Shown here piece after piece: positions 42,031-55,258 of a DNA stretch of 64,000 bases (its first letter is position 1; each line of letters begins with the position of its first letter). The notes below the pieces were generated by a model. That model was given only the letters and a program-made list of their open reading frames with translations. It was not told the origin of the DNA and did not search any database. The stretch is from positions 2,642,861 to 2,706,860 of the forward strand of contig NW_019091359.1 of the NCBI RefSeq assembly GCF_001949145.1. Reading direction: 5' to 3'. Origin of the DNA: Acanthaster planci (taxonomy: Eukaryota). Made by a program: the position numbers and the translations under genes.

Positions 42031-42683
42031 TAATGATATCACGAAAACTCCCGCAGTCTCCAATTCTTCAAACTCTAGTGGGGGGGAAGGATTCTGTAGG
42101 GTTTCAAAGGATTGAGGAAGGTAGTAGAGCTCAGCTTCTATAACTCAACATAGGGCTTCATGATCTTGGAAGTTAAAATGTGCAGTGTTTGTTCCTGTGC
42201 ATTGGAAGATTCTGGAGATTTTAGGAAGGTTCCAATCCAACAGGCTAAAGGAGTTATTGTCCAACCTATGACCCCATTTTAGTTGAATAGTAAATTACAC
42301 TCTGCATTTTACCAGTGTGAACCATTGAAAGACACCCCACCTCTCCATTTGGGTTATCTGTGCATTTAACACATTACAGGGCACTGATTTTCAACTGAAT
42401 GGGTACAAATTCACTGTACTTTCACTGGACAGGAGGGCTCCTTAGTACAGACACTACCACCAATGATTCTCAAGTGTTGTTAACCCTGGACACTGCTGTT
42501 TGCTACCAGAGGCGGCAGTACTAAGGTGTACAGTGATGTTGGTCAGTTTCACGCCATAAGCCTCATTTGTGTCCAGAGTCTACTTGAAGACCTACTGTTC
42601 TGAATGCCGTCAATCTCTTCATCAGAAGAAAAAAGTCTTTCCATGTTTGTGATTGCTTCCCTCCATTTTGGTATTTTGTGCAG

Positions 42684-42764
42684 AGGTACAATGAGGTTCC
42701 TGAGACACCGCTCTGCTCGGTGCAAGTCATGAAGGAAGAGAAGGACCAGTGGGAAGACCTGAAT
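42684..42764 (+). CDS. MAPKAPK2: MK2 exon 8
   Basis: tgcag|RYNEVPETPLCSVQVMKEEKDQWEDLN|gtgagt; 81 nt. Contains the VPxTP p38 phosphosite. Confidence 0.95.
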
Positions 42765-43206
42765 GTGAGTATGAGAAAAATGTGTCGGCAAGACAAAGAT
42801 CCCGGGAGATCTTTGAAATGAGTCAAGGAAATTGTGAGAAGCAAATTCCTGAGTTCTCATGCCTCTTGTGTGTGTGTGTGCGGAGTTCGGTCCTATTCCA
42901 AATTTGTTCCCAAGCACAAGTGTCAAAGAAACATTTAGTGGAGGATTTGAGTATTTGAAATCAGTTCCCAGTGGGAGCTGGTTTCAAACCACAAAATTTA
43001 GGTATTGTCATCAGATGGTCAAAGAACGTTGTAATAGTTTTTTAACCAGAATTAGATCTTCTCTAGAATGAGAATCTACAAGTACAACTTGCACATTTGT
43101 GAACAGTCTGATAACTTTAAGAATAAATCTGAGGAGTTAACACACAAGAAGTACACAGACCTCCTAGGTGATCATTTCCTTCGAAAAATTCAAGCCACCT
43201 AATAGC

Positions 43207-44342
43207 TAGGGCTGAGACAATACACCTGTGTCATGATACGATACAGTTCATGATACGTGCCAGGATATGATATGTATCACGATATATATTAATTATAAGA
43301 ACAAATACATGTAAAATCATAACAAATGAATTTACTCAGGGTCCAAGCAACTGTAGAAAAAATAATGCTGGTTTTGAAGTATTTAAATTTCTGCAAACTT
43401 CATGAACTTGGAAAGATATCAGCTTTTCAATTTGTAATTTTATCCAATTTATAAAATTCATACAGCTGGTAGGCCTAGTTGTTTTATGAATTAATTTAAT
43501 TTGGATTTAGCCACTTGAATTTTTTATGTTGAATCTCAGAAATGACTTTACTTTATTTGCATTACAAATGATACCAGGATTTATTTAGCTGTGTACTTCA
43601 TGACAACACAACAGTGCCTGCATACAATTTTTGTTCTGTCCGCTTTCCTTTCTCCATCGGGAACGGTTGACTTGGGAAAGCCAAGGTGTTTCTATAGAGA
43701 AGATTGCTGGAAGTGGGGAAATCAGAATCCTAGAAGCTAGATCCACTCATGTCAAGTTTGCATGTGCTATGCATAGCAATAGCGGTTGGGCTAAAACCTT
43801 GTTTTGTCCCACCAAAAAATTATCAGCCGGCTAGTAACGTTGCAAAACTGGTGTACGTCCCAGAATGACTATAGCGTAAAAACCCTTCAAGGCAAGAAAG
43901 GTACCAGTCCATTACCGCTGGCACTGTATAGGGTGCCCTCGAGCTATGCTTGACAAAAAATCTGAATGCATACCACGGCTTCGCTCATCGGCCTTTAAAT
44001 ACTGTGTGTGTTGTACTAAAACATAGAACATTTCCATGCATGACGTAATATGCGTGCGGCCAAGTTTGTGAACTGGACACACTGTCACTTCATATGTACA
44101 CTGCAATCAGACATGGTCAATCGGTGATGCGTCACCTGAAGTACCGCTCCATGGTGAGACTTAAACTCGTCGCGTTTTCAATTTTACACTTTGCACTTTT
44201 CGTGCAACGTGTGTGGTTGTGCACTGCAGCTGAGTTATTTATTCTTTTGAAAGCACCGATATTAAAAATTTGTATGGATAAACTGTATTGTGAACGAATG
44301 TATCACGATGCACCGATTTATCAATGTATCGTTTCAGCCCTA
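43207..44342. mobile_element. hAT-like non-autonomous DNA transposon
   Basis: TIRs TAGGGCTGAGACAATACA and (reverse complement) TAGGGCTGAAACGATACA, with sub-terminal (c)gata repeats. The 8-bp flanks match only partly (ctaatagc / ctactcat). Confidence 0.75.
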
Positions 44343-44398
44343 CTACTCATAGTGCAACCTGTTCTCACCATCACGTTATGTCTCTCCTACCCTTACAG

Positions 44399-44530
44399 GA
44401 CGAGATGACAAATGCCTTGGCCACAATGCGAGTTGACTACGATCAGATCAAGATCAAGGACATGAGTGATGCCACCAACCCTCTCCTGATGAAGAGGCGT
44501 GTCCAGAAGGAACAGCAAGTCAAGTCGTGA
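44399..44530 (+). CDS. MAPKAPK2: MK2 terminal coding exon
   Basis: tacag|DEMTNALATMRVDYDQIKIKDMSDATNPLLMKRRVQKEQQVKS*: autoinhibitory helix/NES and p38-docking/NLS region. With exon 1a the spliced CDS totals 1131 nt (376 aa). Confidence 0.97.
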   Translation, partial: DEMTNALATMRVDYDQIKIKDMSDATNPLLMKRRVQKEQQVKS

Positions 44531-44922
44531 TCACAGAGTTTTAGTGCACACCTCCTCAAGATATCTAAACACATAACCCCTTCACCCCTTTTATCCAAGA
44601 TCCTGGACTCGGCATGTCAAGATGACCAGGCATTGCCTAAGCATTGCCTATCCCTTCTCTCAAAGACTTTGGTGCCAAAGTAATCCAATCATTGGAGACA
44701 CAGAAATGCGCTGACATTCAAACACCATTGCTTCTGTGCGCCTGGTGCCCACACAAAAACCTGATATGTTTGTGCACATTTAGTTGGAATCGAAGATGTG
44801 TCCAAATTGCTATGCTGTGGCTTGAAACTCCATATGAATCTATCTGCCTTGAGCAGAAGCACCCCCTCACCTGTTGAAAGGAGCCATGTTGGTCAGGAGT
44901 GTTCATTTTGTTGGTAGCTATG

Positions 44923-45040
44923 CGACCGTACCGGTATGCATTTCATCGTCATTCTCAAACCAGTGAAGTTCAGTTCTGACCAAAGGAGCCTGTGTTGCTA
45001 AGACAATTGCTCCCTCTTGTGGTCCAGCTCGAGGCTCATA
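44923..45040 (+). repeat. Dispersed ~115-bp repeat, copy 1 (in the MK2 3' UTR)
   Basis: Aligns by eye with 62811-62926 (cgaccgta...tgcatttcat...gaccaaaggagcct...gttgc...ccctct...tggtccagctcg). Confidence 0.75.
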
Positions 45041-48040
45041 TGGTAGAGGCTCTAGCCACTGCCTTCAGTCATGCCAAATTTCAAGCCATCATAGCCTTAC
45101 TTGTGCATCTTTCAGAAGCAAGTGATGCGCGCCTGTGATGTATCAAACCTAGGATAGTTGGTTGCTAAGTAACACACCAACCTCTTATTTGTGTACGAAG
45201 TCTGTAACCTTCACTCAGGGAAATGCAATCCCTAAGCTTAACCCCCCCCAGTCACTCTCTTTCCCTGTCCGTGATTCTTTGTAATTTGTGATGTTTAATT
45301 TCTAGACTGAGCCAAGTCTTTGAAGATCCACACTCCCTTATTCCATTTTTTAAACAAACTGTCACCTCCTATGACAGTCATTTTTCAGTTGCTAAGGCCC
45401 ACCTTTCTGTAATAGATCCATAAGATATAAAGTTTAGTTCTTTCAAAGATTTTGTATGGCTCCTTCAATCCGATACAGATGTTCCTTTTAAGCCCTAATC
45501 TTGTGAGGAACAAAAGAAGACATACCTATTTGTATGTAATTTGAGTACTTTTGTCAGGCAAAAGAGAGATGTTTGTGACAAATGACAGCTGTGTGTGGAT
45601 AGCTGTACTTTGTTCAGAAATCGTGCGGTGTATTTTTTGTTAAGCCGAACTTTTTTAGTCTAGTTCTTGCCTCAGAATCGTGCGTGTCAGCTGGCAAATG
45701 TGAAGCAGGAACTAGGCTGAATCCAAAAATAAAACAAATAAAAGTTGTAGCATTTCAGCACAATATACACCATACTATTTTCCAAATTTTGTATCATGTT
45801 TTAATGGACAGGAAATTTATTGCCTTTTACAAATCTCCATTGAAATGTTTTTATGTATACGAGGGTAAAAGAAGTATCTTTTTAAAAGTACCCCTCAAAT
45901 AAAACGCACAGGTTTTCCTTACAGAATTTCTCTGCGAGAATTTCAGTGTGTGTAGAAGTGACAACATGATGCCTGTGTAAATAGTATATACTTGTGATCA
46001 ACATCAGAATTGGATGATGCTTGGGACGTTCAGGCAACTGTGAGAGCAGGTGTATTATACCCAGCCAGCATGGTATTGGAGAGGGCGGGGCTTGATGAAT
46101 CACTCTATTGCCAAATTGGAAACAAGTCTGGACTTGTTTCTAGATATCTCTGCAGGCGAACTTTTTTTTTCCTGCGTAGACCCATCACTGGATGATTCTT
46201 CTCTGTTAAAATCAAGTAACATTTTGTGTTGGACTTGTGTCCAAAAACCACAGATCCATGTCTAAAGCCATGACCAGGCGATTCACAATACAGTGTACCA
46301 GCAAGAGGTTGCCATGGAGAGGCCGTGTTTTCGAGTTTGTGGTCGGCAAATGCATGAGCGCCTTGCTGCAATTTGCATTTGAGTGTATCAGTGGACAGTG
46401 CAGGGGTTTTTGAAATGTGTGCGAATTTGACTGAAGATTGGTTTAGATGATCAGAGGGGCAATAGGAATCTTTATTAAAGCCCCAGGTTCCTCCACTTGC
46501 CAGTCTAGGAATAAACCCTCCTTAGGGCTCATTCTGCCTTGCCGTCTATCCATGAGAAGGGTCTGTACGTCAGTATGCAAATTAAGTGGACTTTTCTTTT
46601 ATTAACAAGTGAGTAACATGCAGATAATTCTGCCAAGGTGTGCCAGTTGAGAGGAATGTGATAAGCATTAGACACAATATAGATATACAACTATAGTTCA
46701 TTGGTAACAGTGATCTCATATTGCAGGTCCTTGTATTGCCAGTCACAAAGACGCGCTGTGAATATTTCTGTTCTCTTTCTGCCAGTTAAGAAAATGTTTC
46801 TTTGTTGACCTTTGAAACCTTTTTTTGCTGGATGCATAAGGAATGCTGAATAAAGCTGTGAGAGTATTTTATTGGAAATCTATTTGGAATCGTGGCTATG
46901 TTCATGATTGCACATGCTTAGCATAATATATGACAGGATTAATCAATGTCACTCAGATTACATGAAGCATGTTATGCACCTAAATGTGTAGACTTGATTC
47001 CAGTCGTTGAATCTAGTATTTTTTGCAGTGCCAATGTTGCAAGGATGCTGTGTGCAGTTACTGCTCTGTGATTTTGTTCCTGCATCCAGTTTTCAGTTGC
47101 AACTTTTATATAGATGTTTTAGTGTCCACCAAAGGTAGATTGCCTGAAATCAGTTTGGGTCAAGATCTCCAAACATTGCATCCTGACCAGAACTCTGTGT
47201 GGTCAGATACATTTGAAGCTGTGCCTAATGAGCCCCGTTGTTAAGTCCCATGTGGATGTCTTGCTGACGAACCCAAACTTTGGCCACGTCTGTTTTCCTT
47301 GTGCTAGCCCATCGATATTGTACAGTGTTGAACAACTCAGCATATTTAATCATGTGATTTGATGGTCAAGTCACATGATCCAACGGGTGTTTCATGTTAA
47401 ATTTTGTCGTTTTAGTCTTCTGCAGTATTTTTATTTGCTAGAATATTGTACTTTACTCCAAGTCCGTCTTTACCACAAGGTCTGTGTTGTATAATTCGTA
47501 AAGCACATTGTGAAAAGGGTTGTGTTCAAAAAGAAAGCTGTTTAAAACTTGAGAAAATCATACACCCTCAGAAAGTTTACAATTATGCCAAGGGTTAAAG
47601 GTTTTATTTCAGTTATTGCTAAACTCATGAAGTAAGTACTTTCCCGAAACAGGCTATCTTAGAATATACATAGCAAAGTTTATGCCCATAAACTAGTTGG
47701 GTCTAAAATCAGCCACCGGTGAAATGTGCTTGGCTTCATTTTCAGCTTACAACAGTTCTTTGGTGTCTTAATTTCTACAAATATGCAAGGACTTTTATAC
47801 AGTGATTAAAAAGGCTTAGAAATAACCTTGTACTTTTGACCCATCTTTCTGCAAAGATAATACCTTTGGCCCCACTGTAAAGGATTGTGCTTGGCTGCAG
47901 CCGAAGGTTGCGTTTTGTACAAAATGCAAATATCCTGGCATTTGTTAAGCATTATATCCATAATGTACATACCGTTCCTAGGTAGAACTTTTTGGAAGTA
48001 GACCTTAAGAAAACTGGGTGTATAGTTGCCATTTTATGAG

Positions 48041-48046
48041 AATAAA
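48041..48046 (+). terminator. Candidate distal MK2 poly(A) signal
   Basis: AATAAA followed by a GT-rich tract at about 48088-48113. A proximal alternative lies at 45898. Confidence 0.4.
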
Positions 48047-49012
48047 AATGAGATGTAATCAAGGTTTGAGAAAGTTGTGACCTTCCTTGTGTGGCATTTT
48101 GATGTGTGGTTTCCCGACGTCACTTTCTTAATTATTGTATGTAATCATTTTAATGTGTTTACGAGTACCATGTTTTTTTCTCCCCAAGGGCACTGGCAAA
48201 TAAGAAATGACAAACGAATGGGTTAAAAATAAAGGTGAAAGCACTGTGTTTGAGCGGAACTTGTCGTCGTGGTACCGAGAAGTCGTGGATGCAACCGTGT
48301 TCAGAATTAATTGGTTTGTAAAAGCCTGTGATGATGCATTCGTTGTCAACCACCCGGACAATTAGTTGTAATTACCGTTTCATAGCCAGCCACTCTTACA
48401 CAAGCATTGAAGTGAGATGTGTCCTTTGTTCTCGTGTGCTGGGAAGTTCGTGTGCGAAGGATTTCTCAATCGCTGTCATTTGACCCAGAATCACTTTTTT
48501 CTTGGTGTGAGATGTCGACCAAAGTGTACCATAATTAAATTGCAACGGACAAGTGTATCTTGGAAATCGCTGCTCTTTGAGTCACGTTATTTCAGATATC
48601 TATTTCGTGAAAACCTTGTTGTGTACACTACCAATTAGCACCCCCCCCCCCACTCACGGATTTGTCCTGATGGGTTACCTCCCAATGTTCCTGTACCCAC
48701 AGGGTTCTTCTGCCTTCTGGAACCCTTACGCGGTCCGCCTATGAGGATTTTACATTGGGCCGTCCTATCGCGTTCAATAAATTTTTGGAAAAATAATTCT
48801 TTACTAAAACCACCCCATTAAACATTCATGTTGGAATTTTACCTTTATCTTCCTCAAGTAATATTTCGAAAAAGTCGCCTGGAGATGGGTAAAAACGAGT
48901 TTTATTAACGACTTTCACGTCTGACGATATCCTACCTAGGTTTCCTTGTTCATGCACGTTTGTTTTCACTCGCCTTACTTTCTTGAACATAAAATTGTTC
49001 AACCTTGCAAAG

Positions 49013-49263
49013 ATTTACCTACCTTCAGTCGATGGGTTCCAGATTCCGTATCGCAGTTGTCAGCAAAGGTTAGATAAAATATTAGAATCTTTCGTAAAAG
49101 TAGAATATTGCTTTACGTTTATTACCTTTAGTTACAAATTATCAAATGTGCAAAATATTTTGATCTGTTTTTATTTTTGTTTTTACCCACAGACTACAAT
49201 AAAATTTCAAACCCTAATTCATCTGCGTACGAGACGTACGAGACGAAAGAAATTGAAAGATTG
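49013..49263 (+). pseudogene. Two candidate exons (49013-49068, 49193-49263) encoding a SEA-domain-like fragment
   Basis: ag|...AAAG|gttaga, then a strong pyrimidine tract + cag acceptor. The joined frame FTYLQSMGSRFRIAVVSKDYNKISNPNSSAYETYETKEIERL resembles the start of a SEA domain. No further exons were recognised. Confidence 0.4.
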
Positions 49264-49444
49264 GTGACCAGAAAATCGTTTACTTTGTGTTTCAGAGACC
49301 TCAGGGCTGTTGGTATACGTGGCATAGGGCCCAGAACAGTGCCGGTTTTACACTGTTTTCAATAGGGCTTGGGTTAGTGGACTAAACCCCTAGTCCCTCT
49401 GTGTTGTCCTCAGTAGTGTTATTTCAGTGTCTATTTTCATTAAA

Positions 49445-49550
49445 AAAAAATTGTTATTCCCGAAACAAAAATAGTTGTTCCCTCAACAAAATGGTTGTTA
49501 CCTCAAGAAAAATGGTTCTCTCAACAAACTTCGTTGTTCCCTCTACAAAG
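49445..49550. repeat. Degenerate ~20-bp tandem repeat
   Basis: About five imperfect copies of aaaatngttgttccctcaac. Confidence 0.6.
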
Positions 49551-51240
49551 TGTGCTCGCCGACATTATATATTTTTTCCTACCACGTACCTTTAAAAACC
49601 TCCGTAGTTGCCTCACTAGAAACGAAACTATGACTGTAAAAGTACAACAGCGCAACGCCGTGTTTACAAATTGTTTTGAGTCCGGAAAAAGCACCAAGGA
49701 CTACTTTTCTTTTGTTTTCGCCCGTCAAAAACCAAATCTCTAAATTTCCTTGCAGCGGTTGTGAGAGCTAGAAAATAAAAGCCTGATATGAGGTTCATAT
49801 GGACGTTACCAACATTTGGGGGTCTGGGGAGTATTCCACAGTAGCGAAGGCAAAAACCATTAACGGTTGAAGGAGGTAAATTCTTAGATGTTTTCAAGAG
49901 AATTTGCATCCTCTTTCCCCTTTTCCCCCTTTTTCTTCGGGAAACAAGCACCTCTCCCCTACTCCCTCTCAACGCCCATAGCTAGAGAGAGGCTTCCTGC
50001 ACTTTTTGCCAGTGATAAGAAAGAGCAGGATTGATGGCCCAACCTCGTTAAAGGTTCTGGTTGAGAGTCAGGAGATTTTTCCCAACCCCGTTGTCAAGGA
50101 GTTTTGCAATTAGTACTTCACCGTGCACCACATTCCGAGAATCAAAAGCGGAATTGATTCAAAGGCAAAACATTGCCGACACGAACAGACGTCGTGTGTG
50201 GGCGGATCTCCTCCATACACTCTTCATCTTGAAAACCATCGCGAAGCTTGTAGCAGTACTGAGGCGACTTGGAGGACGGCAAAATGTTGGGAGGGGCTTA
50301 TTTATTAAATTTAGTAATGGGCAAACGGAACCGAGAATGCAGAGACAATTCCTATAAGGCATCTGACAGCAGTCTTGCTCTGTGCTATCCATCGTGCACT
50401 CTTTCCCTCGTTTCAGATGTTTTTCATCGTAAAAATTGAGAAATATGTACTTTTTTATAGTGATGCATACAATGTCAATTTTAGTCAAAAGCCGTAACTG
50501 ACGAAAATTTTCTCGACAGAGGTAACAAAGTGCACATCCACCCGATGCATCGAACATTAAGTCTTGAATGGAACAATGCCGACCACTCGCCTTTCAAATT
50601 AAAATTGGAGGGTTCTGAAAGGATTTCACTACAACATTGACTTGACTTAGATGAAATCTTTGTAGTTGCTTTTTTTTATGATTGTAGCAAAACTTTAGGC
50701 GAGAGAACCCCTGTCTATTCTGTAACGACCCCCTTTTGTTATCGAAATGAACAGACACAAAACTCATATGGTACAAGTTGAACACATTTCAAAGCACAAT
50801 GCTAAATACCAAATTTGTATCAAGATATTGGGTGGCGGGGGTCAAAAATGGGATATTTTTCTCAAAACATATTTTATTCATCCGTATGTATACTCCACCA
50901 CCCTTCCCAAAGAAAGGTGGTCATACTGTTTGGAAAACGGCAGCGCTTTCAATTAAAAAAGGCAATATGTCGGGGGGGGGTTACCCCTTCACCCGCCCCA
51001 CTGCATACGTCACTGCTCAACAAATATCTGTCGGCTACTTCAGATTCCCCACGGGAAAGTATGTTTAAAACGGTACGGCTCCACGGGTGTCTCGGTGTCT
51101 ATTATAATGTGGATCGTCTGTACCCGGAGTATTACCGGCTTCTCTGATTTCATCAACGCTTTTCGAAATATCTCTCTGGTCTCGGGTTCTAGTGTATTCG
51201 GCGGGGAGAGGGAAGGAGCCTGAGGGGCAAGTCCCCGGGC

Positions 51241-51630
51241 CAGTGGCGTAGCGAGGGCTAAATGTCCGTTGTGGGAACCCGGGGGTGCACACATTTTTTT
51301 CAAGGGGTACCACAAGAAAAGAAGCTGCAGCTACATTTCGACGGAGATTATTCAAAGATTTCAAATGGGGAAGGGGCTATCAAGGGGGCACGACGTGACT
51401 AGAGGGGGACACGTACCCCCCCCAGCACGTCACTGGGAATTCGCCCTCCCCGACCCGAAACATTTTGCGAACAGTTTTCCTCAAGGATTGAAAGTGTCTG
51501 GATTTTTGGAAATGTATGTCACCTTTGGGGATGAGGATTCTTCGGGATGAAAGAAAATTGGACAGCTCTTTTTAGAAAAAAAAATCTTATTTGTCTCCGC
51601 CCTAGGGCCCAAGACCTGGATTCGCCAATG
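51241..51630. mobile_element. MITE(s) with CAGTGGCG-type ends; right part is the same family as 450-665
   Basis: CAGTGGCGTAGC at 51241, and (reverse complement) CATTGGCGAATCCAGGTCTTGG at 51630. Confidence 0.55.
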
Positions 51631-52990
51631 ATCTCGGGGTGATGTGTCCTCTAGAATTTCTTGTTTTTTTTTCCTCCGTGTGTTTTCGGAAGGTATTGAT
51701 TTAGTCACCCTTTGTCTAACAACCAGTGGCTAACACCCCCCGCCATGTTGCCATTTTGCTAGTGAAGGTAAATATAAGCCCCAGCCTACTTAAACGGAAT
51801 TAAACCACCTTTCTTGTTGGGGTTGTGGATTCTTTAGGGAACTTTTTAGAAAAATAATCACGAATTCAAAACCTGGATACGCCACATCACAGAACATGGA
51901 TACCTGACACTGTCTGAAAAGTGGGGCATGACCGTCTGTATTCAATTTATTCGAATAGGAAGCACCATCGTTCAAAACAGCCTCGTAAAAATCCCAGTTT
52001 CAGTTTTTGCCGTTCAAGCTCGAGTGTCCCCAACGAGAGAATTCACACATTCTTTGAACCAGATTCCCTAGCGAAGGGTTGGGTGCAGTATTTTCACAGA
52101 TTCTCGTGACTCGAGAACAAGGGGTTGATGAATTATTGTCCTGGATGAATCCTCGGTGTGGAATTTCACCTCAGTAGAGAATCTCAACTACTTGACCGCC
52201 TCAGACTAAAGCAACGGATCACAAGACGGTCGATCAAGCGTCCTGGTTTGACTCCAGCCATCAAATCCTTGCGGGTACGGGCAATCCTGAAATTTCATGA
52301 TGCCAAAGAGAAAAGCCATGGGTGTTTACCTGTCAGATGCAATCCCCAAAAGACTACTTTTTTATCATTCGGTCCAACAGTGGAAATACACCAGCCGTAT
52401 TGTTTGAGCTTGATGTGTGACTGAGAGGTCACCTATTCTACCGTGAAACCGACATTTCTACAGGTGTAGTACATGGAAGATGAGAGAAGGGACGTGCTGT
52501 CGTTCTACTTGACTTCTCCCGATCATAGGTATTGCTGGGATTCTTCACTAGAGGAGGGTGCAGGGTGAGGCTAATTGTTAGGGTTTTTACACAATTTTGG
52601 AAGGAAAGGAAGTGTAAACAGTAGTTCACAACATTAAATATCAAACAAACACCCCCTCTAAGTTTTTGCTCTTTTTTGCAAGGGAGGCGTAGCCCCCATT
52701 GACACCGCATAGGACCCTACAGCCGATTATGTAACTCTTAAAATCCAAGCAGATTTGAAAATACTCCTTAAATTCTTGTTGTTATTATATATGGATCGTG
52801 CCCAAACCTTACTAAGATTGTCAAAATCCATGCACCATCTCAAGCATGTTTACAATTTATTTTTATTTTCATTGGGCCCGCCTACCCCTATGCCATTATT
52901 TTATGGACGCACATACATTAACAGGCCTCAGTGCGACTCGAAAGGCAACCACGAATATCTGAGTAATAAAGTAATGTTTCAATATAGAGG

Positions 52991-55258
52991 CGCATCTGAT
53001 CCGACTACCCATCGCCGTTAATAAATGAGGCTTTTACAGCTAAATGCAAATATTTAGAATATGGAACTAATATATCATCGTCTTCTGTGAAATGAGTGTC
53101 ATGCTAATCACTGAGGATCGAAGCTAAAAGCGATGGAATTGGCAGCCGTATCTGATCCAGAGATGTTTCTCTTGGAAAAAGACTCGAATAAAAAGAAAAT
53201 CGTTACCGGTACTGCAGAACTGGCTATGCAAATGGTGGATATTTTAGCTGGGTTTGTAATCAGTTTATGTGTGAACCAATCTATTTCGCCCATCAAGCTA
53301 GGGGATTATTAAGCTGGATATGTCTTGATATCAGTGGTAATGCATATTCGTACATTCGTGGATTCCTCAGCCGCTGGGGTGAGTAAACTGGACCTCACTG
53401 CGGAAAAGAGAGAAACAATACTTGTCTCATATGGATATGCAAAATGGAGTCAGTTCTTATGAACAACCCAGGGTAGATGAAAGTTGTTCATCCAGAAATC
53501 AAACAAGTGCATGTACGTCTAACGTCACGTGTCGTCAGATTCCGCATAGATAGGACACTGGGTATATCCTTTACAGCGTTGAGGTCTGGTCCAATTTCTT
53601 GTGTTGGACTTTCTTATATCGGAGGGGTTAGGAAAAACCTTTGAGGTTAGATTGCTCGATGTAAGAGGCCCGTGTTGAAGAAGGGCTCTTCATATCACTC
53701 TGTTACAAGTGTAAGTAGTAAGTAATGCTGAAAACTATATAAAGGAGGGTTTTTGCTTCCCTTTTACCCTTAAGAATCATAGAATTTCTTTCAGAAAATT
53801 GTCGTTACTGTATTCAGGACATCAGTAGTCTAAGTACTGTACCAATCGTCAGCTTTATTTGTGTAAATAACACGTATGACATATCTTACTTGCTGGGGGG
53901 AGGGCGCCATGTTGTATCGATGTTTGATGCACACCATAGATCAAGTGATTTAGCAGGTGCAATGGGTCTATCGCATCTGCTTTGTGAATGTTGATGTGTA
54001 TATGACGACTTCGTCAATACTCGTCTGGTAATTCTGTGGAAAAGTTTCTCTCTCTGGTTTCTCCAGCATGTCGGTGGTGTCTGGGACATGTGGTTTGGGC
54101 AGAATAATGGGGCACTGGCAGAAAATGGCATCCACAAATTCAGAAATCTTGGCCGATGGGACTCGTACAACTGCCAACAAAAGGTTCTCCCTATGGGGGT
54201 ATTTAGTGTATTTTCGGGAGAAAAAGGCATGGTTAACAGGGAATAGTTTTGAAAGTGTGGGTCAATATATAGGCAAGTGTCCTGTTGCGCTTTATTTCGA
54301 TGAGGGCGCTGTGTACCTTTCGGGCAGTTTCATGAATCAAGTTTCTATTCCACGGCTCATAGTGTTGGGAATTGAAACGTATAAAAATGTTTAAAACCAA
54401 CGAAAAAGATAATCCACACAATTCATGATGCAGTTACTGTGGCATTTGTCGTAAGGATTATTCACATGGGTTGTTATAAGCCGACAGACAGTGTTAGGTT
54501 CGACATACTGGACATATTTGGTGAGATTTGTCAGTCTAACGTGAACAAATTCAATCTTGGTGGCTTTCACGGTAATTTTCAAGATGTTATGAGTGGATTA
54601 AGGATGCCACAATGATAGAGGTTTGAACAAAGGCCTGTCCAGCGGGGACAGGGGCAACTCCCCCCCCCCGACTTTTTTTCCAAAGAATATTTCATAGGTG
54701 AGAGGGAAATTTAGAAAGTAATTGGAACATTTTATGATTTTATTATTAGTAGTATTATTATTTATTTCTGGTAATGACACCAAGGATTCCTCAAAAGTGC
54801 CCTAGGCACTGTAGCCTAGAGGAGACAGTGAGAAGCAGTTACAGTTTTAGAGGTGGGAAGAAAACGGCAGAAGAATATTCTGGGTAAAACCCACAAAATC
54901 AGGCAGAGACTGAAAACCCAATCCACAGAGGTGGAAGGCGAGGAAAGAACCACTACGCGAACCCGACTATTAGCACCAAACCTTAAGAAAATAACCCCAT
55001 AAAATAAAAGCAAGGACGTGCGGGGCCGTGATTAAAGCTTGTGATATTTTTTGTCTCCCCTAAATCATCATGTTGAATGAGCCCAAAGCCGCATTCGCTT
55101 TGGAATCCCCCCTCACACAGGCAAACAATAATGCCAGAGTCGCATCCTATCTGACTGCTCATCACTGTTAATAAATGGGGCTTTTAAAGCAAAATGCCAA
55201 TATTCAGAACGTGGAAGTAGTTTATTATCGTATTCTGTGATATGGAGGCCATGCTAAT
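52991..55258 (-). mobile_element. Decayed Penelope-like retroelement flanked by 118-bp direct repeats
   Basis: Frameshifted - strand remnants: LPKIH* (54220-54206), G(E)PFVGSCTSP, AKISEFVD, HVPDTTDMLEK, YT/NIHKADAI, and later VFPNP and EIDWFTHKLITNP. The order matches Penelope RT and C-terminal motifs. Direct repeats at 52991-53108 and 55141-55258 differ at 24 of 118 positions, ungapped. Confidence 0.7.

Noticed and set aside
48207..48365. 52-aa frame containing WFVKACDDAFVVN, like a galactosyltransferase DxD motif
   Set aside because: The match is too short, the DDD is broken, and there are no supporting neighbouring exons.
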